Below are positions 17,013 through 26,500 of a DNA stretch of 50,439 nt, one piece after another. The DNA comes from Patescibacteria group bacterium (GTDB lineage: Bacteria; Patescibacteriota; Minisyncoccia; Phycocordibacterales; Phycocordibacteraceae). The notes below the pieces were generated by a model. The model had not been told where the DNA came from, did not search any database, and saw only the letters and a program-made list of their open reading frames with translations. Position numbers and translations under genes: made by a program. Every line of letters begins with the position of its first letter. Position 1 is the first letter of the stretch. The stretch covers positions 1 through 50,439 of the forward strand of contig JBBTSZ010000008.1 in assembly GCA_038064495.1 (NCBI GenBank). Direction: 5' to 3'.

Positions 17013-17055
17013 CGGCAAAACACTCATCACTCTGTGACACGAGTGTTCTTGTATA

Positions 17056-17547
17056 TTAGGGACGCATGAATGTCACAAACTGAAACTGCTTACCAGCGTC
17101 TTCAAGCACTTCGCTCTCTTCACTCACGACAAACTCACCGTAGTCAGGGAAGTACGTGTCGCCTTCAAGAGCGTCGTCTACAAGGGTGAGATAGAGACGT
17201 TCCGCAAAGGGAAGTGCGAGCTTATAGATTTCACCACCCCCAATGACAAAGATTTCATCGGCTCCTTCAGAGTCTTTCGCGCGCGAAAGTGCTTCAGGAA
17301 GAGAATGAGCAACAGCTGCTCCTTCCGCTCCATACCATCCTGCGGACGTAACGACTATGTTCGTTCGTTTCGGAAGGGGGCGGAATTGCTCAGGAAGGGA
17401 TTCCCACGTCTTTCTACCCATAATCACGGGGTGCCCCGCCGTGAGTTTCTTAAAATGAGCTAGGTCTTGGCGGTTGTCCCACAGAAGATTTCCACCCTTA
17501 CCCACAGCTCGGGTTTGTTTTGAAAGGATGGCAATTAGGTTAATCAT
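17056..17547 (-). CDS. folA: dihydrofolate reductase
   Basis: IAILSKQTRAVGKGGNLLWDNRQDLAHFKKLTAGHPVIMGRKTWESLP..PLPKRTNIVVTS, and GGGEIY. Confidence 0.9.
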   Translation of the reverse strand: MINLIAILSKQTRAVGKGGNLLWDNRQDLAHFKKLTAGHPVIMGRKTWESLPEQFRPLPKRTNIVVTSAGWYGAEGAAVAHSLPEALSRAKDSEGADEIFVIGGGEIYKLALPFAERLYLTLVDDALEGDTYFPDYGEFVVSEESEVLEDAGKQFQFVTFMRP

Positions 17548-17996
17548 AGAATTCCTTCACTTGAGTATACGGTAGCCTCCCCGGAGGCTTGGTCAACCAC
17601 CACTACATAGTCCATGGCCTGATCCCAGCTCTCGCGCTTAAGTGGTGTAGTGGAGAACTGGTGAGTAAAGCAAAAGCCAATACGCAGCCATTCCCTCGGA
17701 ACTTCCGCGAGGAAGCGGTCATACCAGCCACCACCTTGGCCGTGCCGGGTACCCGAGCCGTCAAACAGTCTTCCGGGAATACAGATAACCGTAGAGCTGC
17801 TTCCGATAGCAGTGACCATCCGCTTTGCCTCGCTTACCGGGTCAAGTGAAGGACGTGGCGGAATAACGAGTGCCTCTGCCAGGGCAGATTTTCCCAAGAG
17901 TTCATTGATAGCCACTTCGCTGCGAAGCGGTTCGTACGTAATAACGCGGTCAGCTGAGGAAAGTAAGGAAGAAATAAGCTCGATTCCCTGTGGCAT
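17544..17996 (-). CDS. 5-formyltetrahydrofolate cyclo-ligase family protein (short)
   Basis: GRLFDGSGTRHGQGGGWYDRFL matches the G-x-G-x-G-Y-Y-D-R-F/Y motif of MTHFS. 4-nt overlap with folA. Confidence 0.7.
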   Translation of the reverse strand: MPQGIELISSLLSSADRVITYEPLRSEVAINELLGKSALAEALVIPPRPSLDPVSEAKRMVTAIGSSSTVICIPGRLFDGSGTRHGQGGGWYDRFLAEVPREWLRIGFCFTHQFSTTPLKRESWDQAMDYVVVVDQASGEATVYSSEGIL

Positions 17997-18054
17997 ATTC
18001 CTACCCTAGCATTTTCCTCGCCTGAAGAAGGACTCCTTTGTATACTGACACGCA

Positions 18055-18732
18055 ATGTCTACTACCTACGAAATTGAAATAAAAACACTCCTCGGCGAGG
18101 AATCTGTTGCGAGCAAATTTAGAGAAGACCTTCGGGCACTTGATCCAACGCTCACCATGCATAGTTCATACGCCCAACTCAACCATTATTTTGAAGGAGG
18201 TGATTTGAATACATTATGTGACGGGCTCGCTCCGCTACTCTCTCAAGAGACGCTCGAGAAACTGAAGTTGGTAGCGGAGAAGGGAATCAAGGTATCCGTT
18301 CGCACGAGAGAAATGAACGGAGTCGCAAAGTTTGTTCTCAAAGCATCGGTTGGCGACGACTCAAGTGAAAACGGTGTTGCCCGCCTTGAAATTGAGGAGG
18401 ATGTTCCCGTCTCGCTCCCAGAACTTGATAGCGCTATTTTAAGCGCTGGCTATACGTACCAAGCAAAGTGGTCACGCGTTCGTGAAGAGTATCGCTTAGC
18501 TGATGCAGTTGTGTGTCTTGATAAGAACGCTGGGTATGGCTATCTCGCTGAATTTGAAAAAGTCGTTGATGATGCTGAGAAAGCCGAGGAAACAAAGCAG
18601 GAGCTATACACCTTGATGGAGAAGCTCGGGGTATCGGAACTCTCCCAGGACCGACTTGAACGCATGTTTGCTCACTATAATGAACACTGGCCGGACTATT
18701 ACGGCACAGAAAAGGTATTTGTTATAGAATAG
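18055..18732 (+). CDS. CYTH-domain protein (class IV adenylate cyclase / triphosphatase-like)
   Basis: N-terminal YEIEIKTLL (ExExK signature) and alternating acidic beta-strand pattern. Family assignment is from motif only. Confidence 0.45.
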   Translation: MSTTYEIEIKTLLGEESVASKFREDLRALDPTLTMHSSYAQLNHYFEGGDLNTLCDGLAPLLSQETLEKLKLVAEKGIKVSVRTREMNGVAKFVLKASVGDDSSENGVARLEIEEDVPVSLPELDSAILSAGYTYQAKWSRVREEYRLADAVVCLDKNAGYGYLAEFEKVVDDAEKAEETKQELYTLMEKLGVSELSQDRLERMFAHYNEHWPDYYGTEKVFVIE

Positions 18733-18736
18733 GCCC

Positions 18737-19321
18737 ATGTTTCTCTCCGACCGCGATATTACGAAGGGCGTTGCAGATGGAAGTATTGTTATCAAACCGT
18801 TTTCCCCAAAACGTCTTCAGATGGCAAGTTACGACGTCACGCTTGGAAACGAGTTCCAGGTTACGAATCGTCACAGCACGACCGCCATTGATCCATCACG
18901 CAAAATATATCCAGCAACCAGAACTATTAAAGTTGCTGATGGTGAACCCTTCATTCTTCACCCTGGCGAGAGCGTGCTGGGTAAACAAAAAGAGTTCATT
19001 GGAGTAGATCACAATCACCTCATTTTGCTTTCAGGAAAATCTAGTCTTGCTCGAGCCGGCCTTGTGGTACACAACACCGCAATGCTTTTCAATCCCGGAC
19101 ATCATTTTTATCCAACGTTTGAGCTCGTGAACACCAACAACGTGCCGATTATTCTTCGTCCAGGAATGGAGATAGCACAGTTACTCTTTGCTCGTCTCAC
19201 GAGTACAACTGCAAAGGGATATGACGGCGTGGGTAGATTTGATAAAAAGAATTCAAATCATTTTCCTGACCGACCTAAGGGTAAGGCAGTGAAGAAGACT
19301 ACTAAACCAAAAAAGAAATAA
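18737..19321 (+). CDS. dcd: dCTP deaminase (dUTPase superfamily) with a Lys-rich C-terminal tail
   Basis: MFLSDRDI start, ASYDVTLGNEF, GKSSLARAGL. C-terminus is KGKAVKKTTKPKKK. Confidence 0.85.
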   Translation: MFLSDRDITKGVADGSIVIKPFSPKRLQMASYDVTLGNEFQVTNRHSTTAIDPSRKIYPATRTIKVADGEPFILHPGESVLGKQKEFIGVDHNHLILLSGKSSLARAGLVVHNTAMLFNPGHHFYPTFELVNTNNVPIILRPGMEIAQLLFARLTSTTAKGYDGVGRFDKKNSNHFPDRPKGKAVKKTTKPKKK

Positions 19322-19322
19322 C

Positions 19323-20282
19323 ATGAGCACACATCCTGAAATCGCTTACTTGGACCTACTCAAGGAGATTCTCGAAACCGGAGAAGAGCAGGTTGATAGC
19401 GGTACGGGTGTTAAAACGTACAGCCTTTTTGGCCGACAGATTCGCTTTGATTTGTCAGAAGGATTTCCACTTCTCACCACGAAGCGTGTCTACTGGAATG
19501 GAGTGCTGCAAGAGTTGTACTGGTTTCTCTCTGGGCAATCAAACATTAAGTATTTGGTAGACAAGAACGTACACATTTGGGACGACTACCCGTACAAGAT
19601 TTATGCTGAAAAAGCTGAGAGTGCCGGATGGCCCACTCTTACGAAAGACGAATTTATCGCAAAGATTGCTGAGGACGCTGCTTTTGCTGACGCGCATGGT
19701 GAGCTCCCGCATATCTATGGCGAACATTGGAGACGATGGGAAGCTACTGATGGACGTAAGATTGACCAGCTTGCCTGGGTCATTGACGAGCTTCGTAAGG
19801 ACAAAGATGCACACAACACACTCGTTACGTCGTGGAATCCTGAATATATGTATGCGATGGCAAAACCAGGAGAGGGAGCTCGGTTCCCCATTTGTCACAA
19901 CCTGTACCAGGTAAATATTAAAAACGAGAAAGTGTGTCTTCAACTCTATCAGCGTTCAGCTGATATTTTTCTCGGTGTCCCGTTCAACATCGGTTCCTAT
20001 GCACTTTTAACGTGCATCATTGCCAAGATTTTGGGGCGTGAACCAGGAGAATTCGTGCACACCTTCGGTGATGTACATATTTATGAGAACCACAAAGAGC
20101 AAGCACTCGAGCAACTCGCGCGCGAACCAAAAGCATTTCCAACACTCTCGTTTAGCCAGGAGTTTTCTTCTCTTGAAGAATTCAAGCCAGAATTTGTAAC
20201 ACTTGAGTCATACGAACCACATGCAACGATTAAGGCTGACCTCACCGTGGCAGGGGGCTACAACAAGAAGCTGCACGGATAA
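19323..20282 (+). CDS. thyA: thymidylate synthase ThyA (long form)
   Basis: GTGVKTYSLFGRQIRFDL, HIWDDYPYK, RFPICHNLYQVNI..LQLYQRSADIFLGVPFNIGSYALL. Confidence 0.92.
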   Translation: MSTHPEIAYLDLLKEILETGEEQVDSGTGVKTYSLFGRQIRFDLSEGFPLLTTKRVYWNGVLQELYWFLSGQSNIKYLVDKNVHIWDDYPYKIYAEKAESAGWPTLTKDEFIAKIAEDAAFADAHGELPHIYGEHWRRWEATDGRKIDQLAWVIDELRKDKDAHNTLVTSWNPEYMYAMAKPGEGARFPICHNLYQVNIKNEKVCLQLYQRSADIFLGVPFNIGSYALLTCIIAKILGREPGEFVHTFGDVHIYENHKEQALEQLAREPKAFPTLSFSQEFSSLEEFKPEFVTLESYEPHATIKADLTVAGGYNKKLHG

Positions 20283-20287
20283 GAGTT

Positions 20288-21550
20288 ATGGAGTACCCAC
20301 ACCTGGAGCAAGACGATACGGAGATATACAGCGCCATTGTTGGCGAAGAGAAGCGTCAGGCTGAAGGTCTTGAACTCATTCCGTCAGAGAACTATGTGTC
20401 GCTTGCGGTACGAGAAGCAATGGCGAGCGGCCTCACGAATAAATACTCAGAAGGATATCCCGGCAAACGGTACTACGGTGGGCAGGAATTCACCGACCAG
20501 GTGGAATTGATTGCCATAGACCGTGCAAAGAAATTGTTCGGTGCAGGCTTCGCAAACGTGCAGCCACTCGGTGGAGCAAACGCAAACATTGCGCTCTACA
20601 CGGCGCTCATGCAACCAGGAGACACCATTCTTGGCATGGATCTTTCGCATGGAGGACACCTTACCCATGGACACCCAGTGACGTTCATCTCAAAGATTTA
20701 TAACTTCGTCCGGTACAAAATGAAGGATATTGAGACGGGGGAGATTGATTATGACGAACTCCGCGAAACTGCGCTCCGCGATAAACCAAAAGTAATTCTC
20801 GGCGGTTTCTCGGCGTACCCGCGTGAACTGGATTGGGCAAAGATTTCTGCAATAGCAAAAGAAGTGGACGCACTAGCTGTTGCTGACGTAGCACACATTG
20901 CCGGCCTCATTGCTGGAGGTTCTCAGAAGAATCCGTTTGACTACGGATTTGATGTGCTCACCTCGACGACGCATAAGACACTCCGTGGTCCGCGCGGTGG
21001 GCTCATCCTCACGAAGGATAACGAGGAGATTGCAAAGAAGATTGATAAGGCGATTTTCCCTGGTTTTCAGGGTGGCCCGCACATGCATCAGATAGCAGCA
21101 AAAGCAGTTGCGTTTAAAGAGGCTCTCCAACCATCCTTCAAGAACTATGCTAACCAAGTAGTGAAGAATGCTCACGCAATGGCGGAAGTGTTCAAGGAAG
21201 CAGACGTCAGACTCATTACTGGTGGAACCGATAATCACCTCATCCTTGCTGATGTATTGAAGAGCTTCGGGATTTCAGGAGGTGAGGCAGAAACACTTCT
21301 GGACGCTGCCGGCATGACACTCAACAAAAACGCGATTGCAGACGACACCCGGAAACCACTTGACCCGTCAGGTATTCGCTTTGGCACGCCTGCCATGACG
21401 ACACGTGGCTTTACGGAAACAGAAAGTAAAGCAGTCGCGGAGTACATGGTGGAAATTTTGCAGAAGCGCGACGACGCGACTGTGGCGCGCGTACGTGAAG
21501 AAATCCGAACTCTTGCGAACGCGCACCCGATTCCTGAGTCGTTCAACTAA
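20288..21550 (+). CDS. glyA: serine hydroxymethyltransferase
   Basis: ELIPSENYVS, YSEGYPGKRYYGG, TSTTHKTLRGPRGG (PLP lysine). Confidence 0.95.
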   Translation: MEYPHLEQDDTEIYSAIVGEEKRQAEGLELIPSENYVSLAVREAMASGLTNKYSEGYPGKRYYGGQEFTDQVELIAIDRAKKLFGAGFANVQPLGGANANIALYTALMQPGDTILGMDLSHGGHLTHGHPVTFISKIYNFVRYKMKDIETGEIDYDELRETALRDKPKVILGGFSAYPRELDWAKISAIAKEVDALAVADVAHIAGLIAGGSQKNPFDYGFDVLTSTTHKTLRGPRGGLILTKDNEEIAKKIDKAIFPGFQGGPHMHQIAAKAVAFKEALQPSFKNYANQVVKNAHAMAEVFKEADVRLITGGTDNHLILADVLKSFGISGGEAETLLDAAGMTLNKNAIADDTRKPLDPSGIRFGTPAMTTRGFTETESKAVAEYMVEILQKRDDATVARVREEIRTLANAHPIPESFN

Positions 21551-21554
21551 ACAG

Positions 21555-23237
21555 ATGAAGGAGAAACTAGAACAAGTAGTAGCAGAAGCACTCCTAAAGC
21601 TCGGTGCACCCGAGACGTCTTTTGTTGTTGAATGGCCGGCAGACCTGTCTCACGGCGACTACGCCACAAACGCAGCACTCGCGTCTGCCAAAGCGCTCAG
21701 TAGAAATCCAAAAGAACTTGCCGAGGAACTTGCAGAACTACTTCGCTCCGCCTTAGGTGACCTCGTGTCTGCAGTCACGGTTGCCGGTCCGGGTTTCATT
21801 AACATCACACTTACACGTAGCGAAATTTCAAAGGAAGTAGAGCGTGCAACGGTGGAGAAAAAGAACTGGGGTAGTAAGCGGGAGAGTGACCGACCACGCG
21901 TGATGATTGAGTATTCCAACCCAAACCCATTTAAAGAACTGCATATCGGGCATCTCATGAGCAACGTGCTTGGCGAAGCGCTTTCGCGTCTAACTCAAGC
22001 GTCTGGTGCACACGTTATTCGCGATACATTTGGCGGAGACGTTGGACCACACGTCGCAAAAGCTCTTTGGAAACTTCAGCAGGACGGAGTGGCGGATATT
22101 GGGAACGCGAAGGAAATTGGTACGGCCTATGCTGAAGGCGCACGCGCGTATGAAGAGAGTGAAGAAACCAAAGCAGAAATAGATGCTTTGAATACGCGCA
22201 TCTATGACGTAGTGGGGAAGCAGAACACCCCCGAGATTCTTTCCAAAGACGATCGTGCACTCCTTGAGTTGTGGCGAAAGGGTCGTCAGATTTCTATGGA
22301 AGAATTCGGACGTTTGTTCCATCTCCTTGGCACCTCCTTTGACTACGTGTTTTACGATAGCGACACGACTGAGCCGGGCATGCGGATGGTACAGAGCGGT
22401 CTTAAGAAAGGAATCTTTGAAAAAAGTGAAGGAGCGATTATTTATCGGGGTGAAAAGGTAGGACTTAATACCCTCGTATTCATTACCTCTCGTGGAACCC
22501 CAACGTACGAAACGAAAGACATCGGACTCTCGTTCCTGAAAGAAGAGCGTGCCGCAACCGATGAAGTGATTATCATTACTGCCGTTGAACAAATCGGACA
22601 TTTCAAAGTATTTCTTGCGGCACTCTCAGAACTAGCTCCGACGCTTGCTGGTAAAACGAAACATCTTCCGCATGGTCTTCTTCGCCTTACGGAAGGGAAG
22701 ATGGGTTCACGTCAGGGAAACGTCATTACTGCCGCAAGTCTCATTGAGGACATGACGAAGAAGGCACTCGCGAAGAATGAAGACCCGCTCATTGCGGAAC
22801 AAGTTGCGATTGGTGCGATTAAATACATGATTCTTCGCCAAGCTCCGGGTGGCGACATTATTTTTGACCCAGAAAAGTCACTTTCCCTTGAGGGAGATTC
22901 TGGCCCCTATCTTCAGTACGCACTCGTACGTGCACGCTCCGTACTTAGTAAGAGCGATGGTGCGAAGGACATGACTCCACCAAATACTCCCTACACACTT
23001 GAACGCCTCGTACTTCGTTTTCCGGAAGTGGTTGCGAATGCGTATAGCGAAAAAGCACCGCAACAAGTGACGTCATACCTCACGCTGCTTGCGAGCGAGT
23101 GGAATTCCTTCTATGCACAAGAACGCATCATTGGAGACGAATACGAAGGATACAAACTTTTGCTTGCAGAAGCCTTTGCGACAACGATGGAGAACGGACT
23201 TCGTCTCCTTGGTATCCCCACACCGGAGCGGATGTAG
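21555..23237 (+). CDS. argS: arginine--tRNA ligase
   Basis: SNPNPFKELHIGHLMS (HIGH), anticodon-binding C-terminus ending ...GIPTPERM. ATG at 21555 is preferred; the ORF-track start 21405 overlaps glyA. Confidence 0.92.
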   Translation: MKEKLEQVVAEALLKLGAPETSFVVEWPADLSHGDYATNAALASAKALSRNPKELAEELAELLRSALGDLVSAVTVAGPGFINITLTRSEISKEVERATVEKKNWGSKRESDRPRVMIEYSNPNPFKELHIGHLMSNVLGEALSRLTQASGAHVIRDTFGGDVGPHVAKALWKLQQDGVADIGNAKEIGTAYAEGARAYEESEETKAEIDALNTRIYDVVGKQNTPEILSKDDRALLELWRKGRQISMEEFGRLFHLLGTSFDYVFYDSDTTEPGMRMVQSGLKKGIFEKSEGAIIYRGEKVGLNTLVFITSRGTPTYETKDIGLSFLKEERAATDEVIIITAVEQIGHFKVFLAALSELAPTLAGKTKHLPHGLLRLTEGKMGSRQGNVITAASLIEDMTKKALAKNEDPLIAEQVAIGAIKYMILRQAPGGDIIFDPEKSLSLEGDSGPYLQYALVRARSVLSKSDGAKDMTPPNTPYTLERLVLRFPEVVANAYSEKAPQQVTSYLTLLASEWNSFYAQERIIGDEYEGYKLLLAEAFATTMENGLRLLGIPTPERM

Positions 23238-23324
23238 GATTGCACTGCTCCGGCTAGTGCGATATGGTCGCTAACGGGCCAGTACACGGGGTATGGGCTC
23301 AACTACCTCATAGGGAGAGAAATA

Positions 23325-23521
23325 TGAGTTTTGCTGAATTCAGCAGTCCGCAAACAACGTTCCGTCGTGTTCGGCCAGGGAAAGAGGGTCGTACACCGTC
23401 ACACGCAGCCAAGATAGACAGCCAGATTGCTATTTTTCAGGGGAACGGCGGACCGCGTCCGGCCTCGGGAGTTGAGCGGTTTAGCTCTCGGTTTGGTACC
23501 CTCGGTTTGTTCAAGACCTGA
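23325..23521 (+). CDS. possible small basic protein (65 aa); alternatively a non-coding ileS leader
   Basis: ATG preceded by gggagagaaat, which resembles the ileS RBS ggagagaac, and followed after 15 nt by a strong terminator. No recognisable family and unchecked codon usage, so low confidence. Confidence 0.35.
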
Positions 23522-23536
23522 TTCATTGCCTGTTTG

Positions 23537-23571
23537 AAAGGCCGGCGCGTGTGCGCCGGCCTTTGTCTTTT
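23537..23571 (+). terminator. strong intrinsic terminator upstream of ileS
   Basis: aaaggccggcgc gtgt gcgccggccttt gtctttt. The upstream segment gcgtccggcct (23455-23466) could pair with the 5' arm as an alternative structure. Confidence 0.8.
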
Positions 23572-23599
23572 GTGGCCTAAACGCTAGGATGGAGAGAAC

Positions 23600-26500
23600 A
23601 TGTCTAGTCCTGATGATTCAGTCAAATCAGACGCCGCACTCCGTGAAGAGGAGATACTGAAGTTCTGGAAAGAGCAGCAGATCTTTGAGAAATCTCTTGA
23701 ACGGGGAAGCGAAGACAATGTATTCGTCTTTTATGAGGGACCTCCGACCGCTAACGGAAAACCCGGCGTGCATCACATGGAGTCCCGTTCCTTTAAAGAT
23801 GCGATTCCACGTTACAAAACGATGCGTGGCTTTCGTGTACCACGTCGTGCTGGGTGGGATACCCACGGCCTTCCAGTTGAGCTTGAAGTAGAAAAGACAC
23901 TCGGATTCAAAGGCAAGCAAGATATTGAAGAGTACGGTATCGCTGCGTTCAATAAGAAATGTCGCGAAAGTGTCTTTTCGTACATCGGGCAGTGGGAAAA
24001 GTTTACAGAGCGTCTTGGGTATTGGGTGGACCAAAAGAAGGCCTACTTTACGTTTGATGCTTCCTACATGGAGTCCCTGTTCTCCATCTTTAAAAAAATT
24101 AACGATGATGGACACCTTTATAAGGATTATCGTGTGGTTCCTTGGTGCGTGCACTGCGGTACGGCACTTTCCAGTCATGAGCTTGCACAAGGATACGAAG
24201 ACGTAAAAGATCTTTCACTCACTGCAAAGTTTGAACTCGTAGATGAACCAGGTACCTATCTCCTCGCCTGGACCACCACACCCTGGACGCTTCCCGGGAA
24301 CGTTGCCCTTGCTGTTGGGGATGATATTCAGTACGTAGTCTTTAAGAGATTTACTGGCTGGGATAATTCAGGCAAGGCCCAGTACGAGAAAGTGATACTG
24401 GCTGAAAGTATTTTCCAGCAGGTTCTTGAGAATCCAGCTCTGCTGAAAGCAGAACCCTTCAACCTTCTTTTTCAAGAAACCCCTGAGGGATATGATGTTG
24501 TGACAGATTATTCTTACGAAACAAAGAAAATAATGGGAAGGGAGCTGGTTGGGAAAAGATACAAGCCACTCTACGACTTCGCCCACGCACTTGCTCCGGA
24601 AATAGAAAAGCCAAAGTTTGAAAAAGCATTCCAGGTATATGCAGCTGACTTCGTAACTACTGAAAGTGGAACCGGTATTGTGCACACGGCCGTTATGTAT
24701 GGACAAGATGACTTTGAACTTGGAAACAAGGTTGGACTTCCTAAAATGCACCTCGTTGCACAGGACGGAACCTTTATAAAGGGTACAGGAATGTTTACTG
24801 GCATGTCAGTGATTGAACCAGAGACAAATGTTGAAGTGTTAAAGGAACTTCAAAAGCGCGACCTCGTCTTTTCCAAAGAGACCCACACTCACTCGTACCC
24901 GCACTGCTGGCGTTCTAAGAATCGTCTTATCTACTACGCACGAGACTCGTGGTACATCCGTATGACGGCACTACGCGACACACTCATCTCAGAAAACCAA
25001 ACCGTGCATTGGGAACCTGACCACATCCGCGACGGCCGCATGGGCGAATGGCTTCTAAACGTAAAAGACTGGGCCATCTCACGCGAACGCTATTGGGGAA
25101 CACCAATGCCACTGTGGCAGAGCGCGGACGGTTCGGAACGTCTCGTCATTGGCTCGGTTGCTGAGCTCAAACAGCACACCAAAAAAAGCGGAAACACGTA
25201 TACCATCATGCGTCACGGGGAGGCCGAGAATAATATTCTGGATATCGCAAGCTCGCATCTTGGAGAAGAACACCATCTGACTGAAGAGGGAAGAGTAACG
25301 GTACGGAAATACGCAGAATCCCTGAAGGACAAGATAGATTACATTTTCTATTCACCACTTACTCGTACACGAGAGACGGCAGAAGTGGTAAACGAAGTTC
25401 TTGGACTCCCTTCCGAACGGTTCATCAAACATGACCGTATTCGTGAAATTAACGCCGGTATTTACGAAGGCAAGGGATGGGTTACGGAATATTTGCCTCA
25501 ATTTGCGTCAGTTGAAGAACGTTTCTCTCGTGTACCGGAAGGTGGTGAGTCTCTTGAACACGTGCGAAAGCGCATGGGAGATTTTATCTACGAGACTGAA
25601 CACGGCTATACCAACTCGCGCATACTTATTGTTTCTCATGGTGATCCGCTCTGGCTCCTCACACTGCTTGCTCATGGCGGGACAATAAAAGAACTTGAAA
25701 CAACAGCCTATCCAGATCGAGGAGTACCGCTTCCACTCGATTTTGTTCCACTTCCACATAATGAGAATTACGAACTTGATTTGCATCGACCGTACATTGA
25801 CGACGTTGTGCTGGTATCGGAACGGGGTACCGAACTGCACCGAGTAAAAGAAGTCATGGATGTGTGGTTTGACTCAGGTTCCATGCCGTTCGCGCAAGAC
25901 CACTACCCATTTGAAAACAAAGAGTGGATTGATACGAAAGGCTATCCGGCCGGATTTATCTCAGAAGCCATTGATCAAACGCGAGGGTGGTTCTATACGC
26001 TTCTTGCTGTCGGTACGCTCATGGGCAAGGGAACTCCCTATAAGAATGTGATTTGTCTTGGACATCTTCTTGATGAGAAGGGTCTGAAGATGAGTAAGTC
26101 AAAAGGCAATATCATCGAGCCGATGGCTGCCATGGACCGATACGGAGCAGACACGCTCCGGTATTGGATGTATAGCGTAAACCAGCCAGGGGACAGTAAG
26201 AGTTTTGATGAGAAGACCGTAAAGGAAGCGGCACGAGTTATTTCTTGGTTTGAAAACTCCGTGAAGTTTTTTGAGCTCTTTAAGGACGGAACGGCAGAGG
26301 GCAAGGAAGAAATTATTGATGTGTGGATGCGTTCACGAACGAACGAAACGATGAAAAAGGTAACTGAAGCGCTTGATCAGTACGATTTCTACACGGCAAC
26401 GCGTGCCATCGGCACTCTCGTAGAGGATTTATCGCAGTGGTACGTACGGCGCGTTCGTGACCGCGTTCGTGATGGTGACGCTGTTGCCCTTGAAACACTC

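Noticed and set aside
23490-23505. T-box-like string ggtttggtaccctcgg upstream of ileS
   Set aside because: Only the UGGUACC core matches. I could not find a Stem I with K-turn, AG bulge and distal loop, or an AUC/AUU specifier. The enclosed antiterminator would be unusually large. It is kept only as one hypothesis within the leader finding.
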